A stretch of DNA of 63,739 nucleotides, counting the filler, from Octopus bimaculoides (taxonomy: Eukaryota): assembly GCF_001194135.2 (NCBI RefSeq). It is 4 parts of 4 records of this genome, joined end to end, with 100 filler letters (N's around TTAATTAATTAA, not from the genome) between each part and the next. Parts side by side here need not be neighbours in the genome. Positions count along the whole stretch, not along the records: positions 1 to 30,643 come from NC_068988.1; 3 more parts are not named here. One strand, given 5' to 3'. This document shows, piece after piece, positions 12,320 to 25,329 of the stretch (its first letter is position 1; each line of letters opens with the position of its first letter). The translations under genes were made by a program, and so were the position numbers. The notes beneath the pieces were generated by a model. The model searched no databases, was not told where the DNA came from, and saw only the letters and a program-made list of their open reading frames with translations.

Positions 12320-12785
12320 ATGGTGGTCGTGGTAGCGTTGGTGGTAGTGATGTGATGTGTGTAGTATGTGTGTAGTGCGTGTGTGTATGTATGTGTGTAG
12401 TGCGTGTGTGTATGTATGTGTGTAGTGCGTGTGTGTGTGTCTGCAGGAGCATCAAGGAAAATTCTCTGTTCACATTTCTTATCTTTGTGTTTATTTTGAA
12501 AGCAGTTTCATGCACAGCGTGTTAGTTGTCATGTTTATCTGGAAATCTGTTATGTATCAAAAACTAAAAAAAAAAAAAACAAGAAAAATGAAGATTTATT
12601 CCATTCAGCACCAACACCACCACGACTAAAAATACATAACCCCCCCTCCCCCCAGAAAAAATGATAAAATACCAAATACCAAAGAAGTATTAACGACGAA
12701 GAAAGCTAACCAACAATATAAAAGATATGTAGTCGTTGGGAGTCGATCAGGGTGGGGACGATGATATACTTAAATATTATATACG

Positions 12786-12819
<34 letters not shown>

Positions 12820-12883
12820 CATACATACATATATACATACGTGCATGCACATACATATGTAAGCATTTATATGCATACATTCA

Positions 12884-12981
<98 letters not shown>

Positions 12982-13188
12982 AGTATGTGTGTATATATAT
13001 ATATATATATCACACACATACATATATTTATATTTATATATACATATATATGTACATACATAAATATATGTATATATACACATATATCATACAATATACG
13101 CATATATATGCATACATACATACGTAAACGCATATATATATATATGCGTGTGTGTGTGTGTGTGTGTATGTATATATACGTACATACC

Positions 13189-13268
<80 letters not shown>

Positions 13269-13292
13269 CATATGTATACACACAGACATATG

Positions 13293-13324
<32 letters not shown>

Positions 13325-14238
13325 TATACTGACTCACCCCTGTAGATATGTGATCAAGCAAATATCGCGTGTGTTATGTTCTTGTAGTCATTGTTAAAAT
13401 GATATTAATAGGTATACGTATCAACTACAGAGACGGGTGGACAATCGTTTGGTTTCACTTGGCTCCAGTTTAGGAAAGTTTGTAATTACAAAACATCGTA
13501 TTTTTGTTTGGTTGGTTGTTTTTCATGACGATATATAATACCAACGGATCAAAACATAATGGAACAACAGGGCGTAGCTTTGTTTTGTTATTTTTCCCTT
13601 GTGGTTCTGCACCCTCCGATACACATAAAAACACATATGCATATATGTACCAGAAATAATATCGTCTGTACAATATATATATATATATATATATATAAAA
13701 CAATTTCTGTATAGTGTGTTTCAAAACGGAAGCGGCCAATGAAAACTAATTTAATATGAATTTAAAAGTGAAGGATGTTATGATAATAATATTAGAAGTA
13801 TAGTCTCGCAAATGTAACGAAAATATATCTTTGTGCAAAGCATTTTAGCGAAGGACTTAGTAAATATGAAAAGATATATAATTAAATGTACTGAATAACC
13901 AATGAACACTCGAATATAGGCTCTCTATTAAAATATATCAATCGCCCCCACACACACACGTATGGAAACCCACACGTACTTTCTCTCATACAGAGAAAGA
14001 TGTGTGTGTATATTAATATCTTAACTGACACGCGAGTGCTTCGTGTATCAGCAGTACTCGCAAATAAGATAGAAGCTGTAAGCGTATGGTATTTGTGTTT
14101 TTTTTTAAATATAATACGAAGGTGCCTATAATTCCAGAGTCTATTTAATTTCGTTCACTAACATTCCTGGGAAAATCTCCTGTAAGAAATAACTTGTACC
14201 GAAATATTTCACCTTAGGAACACAAAGACCACAAAATG

Positions 14239-14432
14239 GATGCCGTGTGTTTATGTCCCCGTAACGTATAGAATCGGCAAAAGTCACCGATAGAATAAAT
14301 ATTAAGCTCACAAAGAATAAGTCCTGGGGTAGTTTTCCTTCGACAAAAAGCCTTTAAGGCGGTGCTCCAGCATGGCCGCACTCGAATGACTGAAACAAGT
14401 AAAAAGAACAAAAGAACGAAAGAACTAAAGAA
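14239..14432 (+). mobile_element. SINE family B, 3' half
   Basis: gtgtgtttatgtccccgtaac..aagaataagtcctgggg..ggcggtgctccagcatggccgca..tgactgaaacaagtaaaa matches 60774-61172. Confidence 0.85.
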
Positions 14433-14820
14433 TATCTCAGATGTATTAACCTCAGGGAAAGATACATGAATTAGAGCAGTATCGGTTATGATGGCAGTGC
14501 TGCAGTATGGCCAGGGCTCATGGCTTCGGAAGAAAGGCTTCAGTCGTTAATGAGGCGAAAATACAGCGAAATGTGTAAGTCAATAGGTTCGAAAATAATC
14601 CATCAGTGGTTCGTTCGATGGTATAATGTCATTGAACAGCAATGAGTTGTCTTACAAAACGGACCAGTAATTAGTGGTGAAGTTCTCAAACGACATTCAC
14701 CACCACCACTCCAGCACCACCATCACCATCACCACCAGCAGCAGCACCACGACCACGACCACCACTCCACCACCATCACCTCCGATACCATCAAGTTCAA
14801 ACCAATATATATTTCAATGG

Positions 14821-15135
14821 AGGCGCAATGGCCCAGCGGTTAGGGCAGCGGACTCGCGGTCGGAGGATCGCGGTTTCGATTCCCAAACCGGGTGTTAAGT
14901 GTGTTTATTCAGCAAAAACACCTAAAACTTCAACGGGGCTCCGACAGGGGTGGTGGCGACCCCTGTTTTACTCTTTCGCCCCAACTTTCACTCACTCTTT
15001 CTTCCTGTATCTTGAGTAACGCTGCGATGAACTGGTGTCCCGTCCAGCTGGGGGGAACACATACGCCATAGAAACCCGGAAACCGGGCCCATGAGCCTGG
15101 CTAGGCTTTGAAAGGGCGCATAAAAATAAATAAAT
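14821..15135 (+). mobile_element. tRNA-derived SINE family C head/body with an alternative 3' module (Nin/V-domain-like)
   Basis: Head aggcgcaatggcccagcggttagggcagcggactcgcggtc..ggtttcgattccc is essentially the same as the heads at 52420 and 56562. After ttcttcctgt it diverges into gtaacgctgcgatgaactggtgtcccgtccag..catagaaacccggaaaccgggcccatgagcc, which from memory resembles the Nin/V conserved SINE domains. Confidence 0.8.
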
Positions 15136-16404
15136 ATATTTCAACAAAAANNNNNNNNNNNNNNNNNNNNNNNNNNNNNNNNNNNNNNNNNNNNNNNNNN
15201 NNNNNNNNNNNNNNNNNNNNNNNNNNNNNNNNNNNNNNNNNNNNNNNNNNNNNNNNNNNNNNNNNNNNNNNNNNNNNNNNNNNNNNNNNNNNNNNNNNNN
15301 NNNNNNNNNNNNNNNNNNNNNNNNNNNNNNNNNNNNNNNNNNNNNNNNNNNNNNNNNNNNNNNTATATATATATATGAATATATATATATATGTATATAT
15401 ATATGTATATATATGTATGTGTGTGTGCGTGTACATGTGTATGTTTGTATACGTTGATATTTATAGGTACTATACATATTTAATTTTGTATGTTTGTAGA
15501 TATGACTAATGCATGATCTTGTTAATATACGCGTTCTTTAAGCGTATCCAAGTCCATAAACATATCTGTACATATACGACTTTGCGTGTGTGTTTTCTTT
15601 GTGTGTGTGTGTATAGGTGTGTACGTGTGTGTATGCGTGTGCGTGTGTGTTCTCACAAATATGATAATCATTCTGTGTTGTTAGGGAAGATGTTTGTTTC
15701 AGCATATATGGTAGCGGACAACTATTCAACACTGTACATATAGATGAGAACAGCATACTAGAGTATTGTATGAAGATATTTAATATTTATTAGATAGAAA
15801 ATCTGTTCCCGAGTGAAACAATGTCGTTATGGGTCACTAACAAACCGTGTCGAATACTTGGTCAGCTGATTAGAAGACAGAAGAGGACAGGTTAACAGTG
15901 TTATTGTATGAAATGTTACAGACGTTAAAGCAATGTAGGAAAATCAAACAACAAACAAAACCGAAAGCTTTCAACCAAACAGTTTTGAATGGAATGAAGC
16001 TGACGGGGAGAAATATCAATGAAAAATGGATTATATTGTTTGAGGTGATGCCGTGCGGGGTTTTATCGTGGACTACGATGTTGGTTCAGCGTTAGTATTT
16101 AAATCACCAGATATATAGTTGTACATACAGTCTATTTTTGTAAACAACCGACAGAATCGATGACTGAATTTATATAATAACGACCAACTCGGTGAATAGT
16201 TCGGAAGTACGTATCTAACTTTTTTTGCTGGTATTGGACTTTTTTATTTCCGAGTGATTTTGTTTATCACCGACCAACTTCTTACTTCTGTAGTAAGTAA
16301 TGTGAAGATGATTATAACACGCGACTGTAACTATGTAGTGTTTCCAATGCATTTAGAAACGGTCATTTGCTTGGCTGATGCAGATTTTGAGGGGTACCCG
16401 TTAT

Positions 16405-16727
16405 CCTTTAATTGCTTCAGTCATTAGACTGTGGCCATGCTGGGGTATGGTTTCGAATCGCTAAGTTACAGGGATATAAACACACCAGTACCAGTTGTCA
16501 AGTGGTGGTAAGTGACACACAAAGACACACACATAGATACACACACAAAAACACACACACACACACATGTGACTGGTTTCTTTCAGCTTCCGTCTACTAA
16601 ATCCACCAAGAAGGCTTTTGTCAGCCCGAGACTATAGTTGAAGACACTTTCCCAAGGCGCTACGCAATAGGACTGAACTCGGTACTCTGCAGTTTGGTAG
16701 GAAACTTCTTACTACACACCCATGCCT
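16405..16727 (-). mobile_element. SINE family B (CORE-like), near full length with internal deletion
   Basis: Reverse of head, CORE-like ccttgggaaagtgtctt, internal (CA)n and 3' end ..cagcatggccacagtctaatgactgaagcaa. Confidence 0.85.
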
Positions 16728-17050
16728 TCACGCAGTTAGTTCTGTATCTTCCCCATATTTTCTTCCTGATTGTCTTAAAATCATCAGAGCAAAACATGTA
16801 TGTATATGGCTAATATATATATATATGTATATATGTATATATGTATGTATGCATATGTGTGCTCATACATAGGGTTAACTTATATTTTTATTCTTCTACA
16901 AGCGGCAGCAATCGCGAGGAGTTGAGCAATAATTGTAGGGGTGAGTAGGATGTGTTTATAAATCTACTTGTTGTTTTTCTTCTCACGTCGTGCGATTTTG
17001 TGGGCGGTCATGAGAAATCCGGTGTATGCTTTATCAAGGCGACCCTGATG

Positions 17051-17330
17051 CTACTTACTCAGAGTCCAAGTTGCGGCTTCATAAATAAAGTGCTCTGTAT
17101 ACAAGACCTGAATGTTAATTAGTAGTATTGCCTTTACATGGGTCACAATCGATTTTGAAACTGTTTGGAGCTTTCGATAAGTTGCTGCAAATCCTCTTCC
17201 AGTCAACAATATAAGCGACGATATTTCCTGAAAATTGGCCGATCTGCTTTCACGATTGGTCTGTATCCGTAGAGAATTCAGCAGCTTCTCTAATATTGAA
17301 TTACTATAGATCCTCATTAACTAGGATAAT
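17051..17330 (-). pseudogene. RTE-clade LINE reverse-transcriptase remnant
   Basis: ORF ends ..GFAATYRKLQTVSKS..FIYEAATWTLSK, resembling the RTE motif A..aF.kL..vw.s....K.......LLYgaEtWtl.k. Confidence 0.5.
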
Positions 17331-17989
17331 TACTTACCTTTTTCAAAGCTTCTCCAAGAGTGAAGCTCGCTAAGTTGAATTACGTGATTCAAACGTATGA
17401 CCTGTTGTATATTTTGTTTTGCTTGAACCTTGTAAGTACAATCAATGTACTGCCTATCAAAATAAATACACCACAGGATTATGGATATGTATGTTTGCGT
17501 GCTGGTTTTTCAGCATCTTTGTCTTGTTGTTGGTTTGTTTCATGTTTATCTCCTTGCATATAAAATGGAGTTATTTCATAGACATGTAGAGATTACGCAA
17601 TCAGTTCTTCGTGAAGATGATATCTATTACGCGAAGTAAAGCTTTAAACTTCCACTCATATCTTCCAATAGTAAAGGTTACATCAACGATTAAAGTCGTT
17701 AGATTTGCTCTCAGTTTAATGATATATTAATAATGTACATTGCGAGAGCAATGGAAATGTGCCCTGTACGTGGGGTTACATTCTTGTTAATGATTTCATT
17801 CCTCATGCTTTCTTTTAAATGCAGTTAATCTTCATATGATCAAACGTGTGATTTCATGTCGAAATACGCCTGAAGATATGAACTGCCAAATTATACTTGT
17901 GATATTCGTTTCTCAATCACATTCTTGTGCCTTAGGATTCCTCAGCGCAGCAGTTATGTGTTCTTTTATTTGTTTCAATCATTCGACTG

Positions 17990-18186
17990 CGAATCTCAGG
18001 GAGATTCAACGTGACACAGAGTGTGACAAGGCAGGCCCTTTGAAATACATTTTTGCCAGCTGAATGGACTGGAGCAACGTGAAATAAAGCGTCTTGCTCA
18101 AAGACACAACACGTCACCGGGAATTGAACTCACGACCTTACGATATTGAGGCGAATGCCCTAACCACTAAGCCACGCTCCTTCACA
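17990..18186 (-). mobile_element. SINE family D (tRNA head + CORE-like block) with tail T shared with family C
   Basis: Head gtggcttagtggttagggcattcg..gtgagttcaattccc, core gtgtctttgagcaagacgctttatttcacgttgctccagtcc, tail tatttcaaagggcctgccttgtcacactctgtgtcacg as in 56190-56562. Confidence 0.85.
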
Positions 18187-18572
18187 CACTCTCTCTCTCT
18201 CACACACACAAACACACACACATATATTGACATAAGTGAACTTTTTTATCAATAGACTTTCAAGCATCGAGTGAGTTGGTATTTTACAGAGAATAAAAGA
18301 AATCTCGAACGTAGAATAACTGTGAAAGCAACTTAGAACATCGAGTAAATACTTTAGAAGGCAGACGAAAATGTACAGCAAGCCACTTTAGAAAATAAAA
18401 CCCTGTATCTCTCAAATTCTGAGTAAGCATTCTGTATCATTAAGCTAAGTGACAACAGGTGCCGTCTTTTATAATGCTAAGTCCTGTATGTGTCAATGTG
18501 TGCGAGTGTATTTGTGTGCGTGCGTGTATGTACGTATGTATTTGTTTATGTATTCATATATGTACTTATGTA

Positions 18573-18608
<36 letters not shown>

Positions 18609-19179
18609 NNNNNNNNNNNNNNNNNNNNNNNNNNNNNNNNNNNNNNNNNNNNNNNNNNNNNNNNNNNNNNNNNNNNNNNNNNNNNNNNNNNNNNNNNNNN
18701 NNNNNNNNNNNNNNNNNNNNNNNNNNNNNNNNNNNNNNNNNNNNNNNNNNNNNNNNNNNNNNNNNNNNNNNNNNNNNNNNNNNNNNNNNNNNNNNNNNNN
18801 NNNNNNNNNNNNNNNNNNNNNNNNNNNNNNNNNNNNNNNNNNNNNNNNNNNNNNNNNNNNNNNNNNNNNNNNNNNNNNNNNNNNNNNNNNNNNNNNNNNN
18901 NNNNNNNNNNNNNNNNNNNNNNNNNNNNNNNNNNNNNNNNNNNNNNNNNNNNNNNNNNNNNNNNNNNNNNNNNNNNNNNNNNNNNNNNNNNNNNNNNNNN
19001 NNNNNNNNNNNNNNNNNNNNNNNNNNNNNNNNNNNNNNNNNNNNNNNNNNNNNNNNNNNNNNNNNNNNNNNNNNNNNNNNNNNNNNNNNNNNNNNNNNNN
19101 NNNNNNNNNNNNNNNNNNNNNNNNNNNNNNNNNNNNNNNNNNNNNNNNNNNNNNNNNNNNNNNNNNNNNNNNNNNNNNN

Positions 19180-19513
19180 ATCTGGTGTATAAGAGAATTT
19201 GACATCGCTGCCCTAAACTGCATCTCATTACGAGCCATTGGTTCGTCTGGTATCGTGGAGAGGAAAGCGTCAAGTTTTGTCTTGAAGACCTCCGCATCCA
19301 TGTCTTGCATGTCTCTCAAATGTTTTGGTAGGGCATTGAAGAGCTGAGGTCCCCTGAAACCGAGGCTGCTGCAGTATCTCGTTCTTATGTGAGATGCAGT
19401 GGACGGCACCTTTGGTACCATGCAGTGGCGACCCGTGCGGGCATTCCTGTAGTACTTGATGCCAAAGTTTGGCACCAGTCCTTCCAGTATTTTCCATATA
19501 TATATTATTACAT
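19180..19513 (-). pseudogene. CR1/L2-group LINE ORF2 C-terminus (5'-truncated)
   Basis: Translates IIYIWKILEGLVPNFGIKYYRNARTGRHCMVPK..SLGFRGPQLFNALPKHLRD..FKTKLDAFLSTIPDEP..AAMSNSLIHQ, the typical post-RT tail of CR1/L2-group elements. The 3' end lies in the N-gap. Confidence 0.85.
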
Positions 19514-19645
19514 TGAGGCGAATGCCCTAACCACTAAGCCACGCTCCTTCACACACTCTCTCTCACACACACACATATATTGACATAAGTGAACTTTATT
19601 ATCAATAAACTTTCAAGCATCGAGTGAGTTGGTATTTTACAGAGA
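19514..19645 (+). other. Templated insertion: copy of 18147-18292 flanked by a 14-bp direct repeat
   Basis: atatattattacat at 19500-19513 and 19646-19659. The insert differs from the donor by 2 substitutions and microsatellite length. Confidence 0.85.
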
Positions 19646-20824
19646 ATATATTATTACATATATAGATAAATAGATTAGTTTGTGTCTGTGTGTATGCATG
19701 TGTGTGTGTATGCGCATTCGCTCCTGTGCGCGTATGTATTGCCGTACAGATGAATCAACGGTTGCGGATTTATTTCTGACCGTCTTCAGCAGATAGTATT
19801 CACACACACACGCATGCACACGTGTGCTCGCACATACATTCTCACGTACACGCACATATACGCTGACGCACAAGTGTATATATATGTACGCATCTGAATG
19901 CATGTACGTATATACATATATATATACATACATATATATATATATACATCCATACATATATATACATATATATATATATATATAATTGTATATATATATA
20001 TATATATATANNNNNNNNNNNNNNNNNNNNNNNNNNNNNNNNNNNNNNNNNNNNNNNNNNNNNNNNNNNNNNNNNNNNNNNNNNNNNNNNNNNNNNNNNN
20101 NNNNNNNNNNNNNNNNNNNNNNNNNNNNNNNNNNNNNNNNNNNNNNNNNNNNNNNNNNNNNNNNNNNNNNNNNNNNNNNNNNNNNNNNNNNNNNNNNNNN
20201 NNNNNNNNNNNNNNNNNNNNNNNNNNNNNNNNNNNNNNNNNNNNNNNNNNNNNNNNNNNNNNNNNNNNNNNNNNNNNNNNNNNNNNNNNNNNNNNNNNNN
20301 NNNNNNNNNNNNNNNNNNNNNNNNNNNNNNNNNNNNNNNNNNNNNNNNNNNNNNNNNNNNNNNNNNNNNNNNNNNNNNNNNNNNNNNNNNNNNNNNNNNN
20401 NNNNNNNNNNNNNNNNNNNNNNNNNNNNNNNNNNNNNNNNNNNNNNNNNNNNNNNNNNNNNNNNNNNNNNNNNNNNNNNNNNNNNNNNNNNNNNNNNNNN
20501 NNNNNNNNNNNNNNNNNNNNNNNNNNNNNNNNNNNNNNNNNNNNNNNNNNNNNNNNNNNNNNNNNNNNNNNNNNNNNNNNNNNNNNNNNNNNNNNNNNNN
20601 NNNNNNNNNNNNNNNNNNNNNNNNNNNNNNNNNNNNNNNNNNNNNNNNNNNNNNNNNNNNNNNNNNNNNNNNNNNNNNNNNNNNNNNNNNNNNNNNNNNN
20701 NNNNNNNNNNNNNNNNNNNNNNNNNNNNCATACATACACATATACATATATATGATCATATTCATATATGAATATATGTGTGTGTGCGCATATCTTTTAA
20801 AATACATATATTTACTCATCTAAA

Positions 20825-20885
<61 letters not shown>

Positions 20886-20918
20886 GTCTGTCTATCTATC
20901 TATCTATCTATCTGTCTG

Positions 20919-20975
<57 letters not shown>

Positions 20976-21039
20976 TTATCTATCTATCTGTTTGTCTCTC
21001 TGTTTATTTGTTTACATGTATATTTTGATAGATAGATAA

Positions 21040-21074
<35 letters not shown>

Positions 21075-21240
21075 TGTATATAAATACATATGTATGTGCA
21101 CAGATGAATAAAACAGACACATATATATGAGTGAGTGTCTGAATATATGTGCTTGATTAAGCATTTGACTATACATACAATACAGAAAAATCATGTTTGT
21201 CATGCATATAAAAAGATATAAGAATATATATATATATATA

Positions 21241-21362
21241 TAGCTTTCTTCGCAACCGCATGGCTCCAAGTTCAGTCCCACTATACTATAGTGACGATAG
21301 CTTCGGGATGACCAAAGCCTTGTGAGTGGGTTCGGCAGGCGAAAACTGAAAGAAGCCCATTG
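21241..21362 (+). mobile_element. SINE family B, 5' half (partly deleted), running into its internal microsatellite and a gap
   Basis: caaccgcatggctccaagttcagtcccact..gaccaaagccttgtgagtgg..aaactgaaagaagccc. Confidence 0.75.
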
Positions 21363-21374
21363 TGTGTGTGTTTG

Positions 21375-21413
<39 letters not shown>

Positions 21414-21764
21414 NNNNNNNNNNNNNNNNNNNNNNNNNNNNNNNNNNNNNNNNNNNNNNNNNNNNNNNNNNNNNNNNNNNNNNNNNNNNNNNNNNNNNNN
21501 NNNNNNNNNNNNNNNNNNNNNNNNNNNNNNNNNNNNNNNNNNNNNNNNNNNNNNNNNNNNNNNNNNNNNNNNNNNNNNNNNNNNNNNNNNNNNNNNNNNN
21601 NNNNNNNNNNNNNNNNNNNNNNNNNNNNNNNNNNNNNNNNNNNNNNNNNNNNNNNNNNNNNNNNNNNNNNNNNNNNNNNNNNNNNNNNNNNNNNNNNNNN
21701 NNNNNNNNNNNNNNNNNNNNNNNNNNNNNNNNNNNNNNNNNNNNNNNNNNNNNNNNNNNNNNNN

Positions 21765-21800
<36 letters not shown>

Positions 21801-23076
21801 ATAGCATAGATAAAAAAATAGTTAACACATATGTGTAAGCACACACTAACGTGTACGCTCGTACACACAAACGAGTACAAATGTCTACTGAGCAGCGCGC
21901 GAGAGAAATAAACAGATATTCAAAAAGCCAGACAGATAGATAAAAATTGACGAAGAATTTGTTACAGAAAACAATGCGCAAAAATAAACCTCAAAAAATA
22001 CAAGAAATCAAAGCATACGAAGACGAGACACTAACTAGGAAAAAAAAAATCAACAAATCCAGTATAAAATATAATATTGTTGTTGTACCACGTGACATTT
22101 TCGGTATCAACCTGATTATGTGGCCGCTTAGTGAAAGTAAAATAGCAAAGAAAACATTGACAGATGACTGTCAATATGAATTCTTTGACATTTTCTTCTC
22201 ACAAACTAGCTGATTCTATGTTTATAGGTCGAAGGTTAGTCTGGTCACAATTACTGTCCGTTAGAAAAGATATGTTGTCTTCAACAAACTTTAACTCAGC
22301 CAGCCTATGTGTTATCTTTGTGCAAACGTATATACATACATACATACATACATACATATNNNNNNNNNNNNNNNNNNNNNNNNNNNNNNNNNNNNNNNNN
22401 NNNNNNNNNNNNNNNNNNNNNNNNNNNNNNNNNNNNNNNNNNNNNNNNNNNNNNNNNNNNNNNNNNNNNNNNNNNNNNNNNNNNNNNNNNNNNNNNNNNN
22501 NNNNNNNNNNNNNNNNNNNNNNNNNNNNNNNNNNNNNNNNNNNNNNNNNNNNNNNNNNNNNNNNNNNNNNNNNNNNNNNNNNNNNNNNNNNNNNNNNNNN
22601 NNNNNNNNNNNNNNNNNNNNNNNNNNNNNNNNNNNNNNNNNNNNNNNNNNNNNNNNNNNNNNNNNNNNNNNNNNNNNNNNNNNNNNNNNNNNNNNNNNNN
22701 NNNNNNNNNNNNNNNNNNNNNNNNNNNNNNNNNNNNNNNNNNNNNNNNNNNNNNNNNNNNNNNNNNNNNNNNNNNNNNNNNNNNNNNNNNNNNNNNNNNN
22801 NNNNNNNNNNNNNNNNNNNNNNNNNNNNNNNNNNNNNNNNNNNNNNNNNNNNNNNNNNNNNNNNNNNNNNNNNNNNNNNNNNNNNNNNNNNNNNNNNNNN
22901 NNNNNNNNNNNNNNNNNNNNNNNNNNNNNNNNNNNNNNNNNNNNNNNNNNNNNNNNNNNNNNNNNNNNNNNNNNNNNNNNNNNNNNNNNNNNNNNNNNNN
23001 NNNNNNNNNNNNNNNNNNNNNNNNNNNNNNNNNNNNNNNNNNNNNNNNNNNNNNNNNNNNNNNNNNNNNNNNNNNN

Positions 23077-23121
<45 letters not shown>

Positions 23122-23961
23122 GTTATGCGTGTATGAAAGTGTAGATACAATCTCTCTCTCATTCTTCCTCTCTCTCTCTAAATACATAGATAGATAGATA
23201 ATACATGTTTGTGTGTATGTGTATATGTGTGTGTATATGTGTGTGTATGTACGTATGTACGTATGCATATACATGTAGCCGAGGTTGCATTTTTGTATGT
23301 TGTACCCGAGCCTGTGTGCCTGATGTATTTCTGCTTTGATATTATGCACATGCATGTTGTCTATGAAGATCTACCGAATAACAGGAAAGTCATTCTCATT
23401 GCAGTGTATAAAACTGTAGGTTCGTGTGCATGCGATCGCAGGTGTGTATGTGTTCGTGTGTGAGCATATATGTGTGTGTTTGAGAGAGAGTGGGAGAGAG
23501 AGAGAGTGAGCATACGTCTGCATGTGGTTGCATTTGTGTCGAGCATTATGTATGCATTATGCACGGATGTTTGTGCATCTCACTATGTATCTATATGCAT
23601 ATAGTGTTTTATATACACACGTGCGCGAAGACACACACACGTACGTCCAAATAAATATGCATATAAATATATGCGTGAGCGTGTGNNNNNNNNNNTATAT
23701 ATATATATATATATCAATGCTTATGTCTGTGTGTGTGTGTTTACGTGTGTGTATGTATCCGTGTTCGTTGTCTCTTACTCTTTCTGTGTTTACATGCGTA
23801 TATGCGTGTATAGAGACGTATATAGATAAATAATTACCTACCTCTACATAAGATGAACATAGATACTCAAAAACACAAACACACATCCGCACACGCTGAC
23901 ACACACACGCAGGCACACACTCACACACACCTACATATATACATTTAATATATATATATAG

Positions 23962-24002
<41 letters not shown>

Positions 24003-24984
24003 NNNNNNNNNNNNNNNNNNNNNNNNNNNNNNNNNNNNNNNNNNNNNNNNNNNNNNNNNNNNNNNNNNNNNNNNNNNNNNNNNNNNNNNNNNNNNNNNNN
24101 NNNNNNNNNNNNNNNNNNNNNNNNNNNNNNNNNNNNNNNNNNNNNNNNNNNNNNNNNNNNNNNNNNNNNNNNNNNNNNNNNNNNNNNNNNNNNNNNNNNN
24201 NNNNNNNNNNNNNNNNNNNNNNNNNNNNNNNNNNNNNNNNNNNNNNNNNNNNNNNNNNNNNNNNNNNNNNNNNNNNNNNNNNNNNNNNNNNNNNNNNNNN
24301 NNNNNNNNNNNNNNNNNNNNNNNNNNNNNNNNNNNNNNNNNNNNNNNNNNNNNNNNNNNNNNNNNNNNNNNNNNNNNNNNNNNNNNNNNNNNNNNNNNNN
24401 NNNNNNNNNNNNNNNNNNNNNNNNNNNNNNNNNNNNNNNNNNNNNNNNNNNNNNNNNNNNNNNNNNNNNNNNNNNNNNNNNNNNNNNNNNNNNNNNNNNN
24501 NNNNNNNNNNNNNNNNNNNNNNNNNNNNNNNNNNNNNNNNNNNNNNNNNNNNNNNNNNNNNNNNNNNNNNNNNNNNNNNNNNNNNNNNNNNNNNNNNNNN
24601 NNNNNNNNNNNNNNNNNNNNNNNNNNNNNNNNNNNNNNNNNNNNNNNNNNNNNNNNNNNNNNNNNNNNNNNNNNNNNNNNNNNNNNNNNNNNNNNNNNNN
24701 NNNNNNNNNNNNNNNNNNNNNNNNNNNNNNNNNATGCATTTGTCTATATGTAAATATGCATGTATGCATATGTATATGTACAGATATAGAGAGACGTATG
24801 GTATGTACATGTATGTATGTTTCTATCAGTGTGCGCGCAGGTGATTGTTCGTGTGTGTCTGTATGCGTAATGCCAACGAATGGCATGTTATAATTAACTT
24901 AAGATCAATCTTCTATTTGCTAAAAGATCCAGTTAAATCCTATGCTAATTGTCATTTTATTCATAGTGAAAGGCAGCAACAATT

Positions 24985-25019
<35 letters not shown>

Positions 25020-25329
25020 AGTAGGCACATGCCTATGAATTCTTCTGTCCGTACATAAACACATCTGCACACAAACTTCATAATAAGTGATCTTTACACA
25101 TGGATTTCATGGCGCAAACTTATACAAACCTGGAAGTAACGCATAGAAATGCGTAGGTTTTGTACGAGAGTGTAATTAAACCTTGACATACAAATATCTG
25201 GATAAGAGTCATAAAGATCTTTTCACGGCTTTCAAGTATGCTTATACCTCTATGAACGGACACAGTCATATAAACATTCATACCACACGCCCGCGCATAA
25301 TTATGTACACGTCGATGTGCACCCTTTGA

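Noticed and set aside
12371-12440. 25-bp tandem repeat (about 2.6 copies)
   Set aside because: Ordinary duplication within a (GT)-rich microsatellite.
14821-14892. tRNA gene-like sequences at SINE heads (also 52350-52420, 56490-56562, 41751-41835, 11140-11199)
   Set aside because: They have A/B-box-like motifs but no complete acceptor stem or cloverleaf, and they continue into shared SINE bodies.
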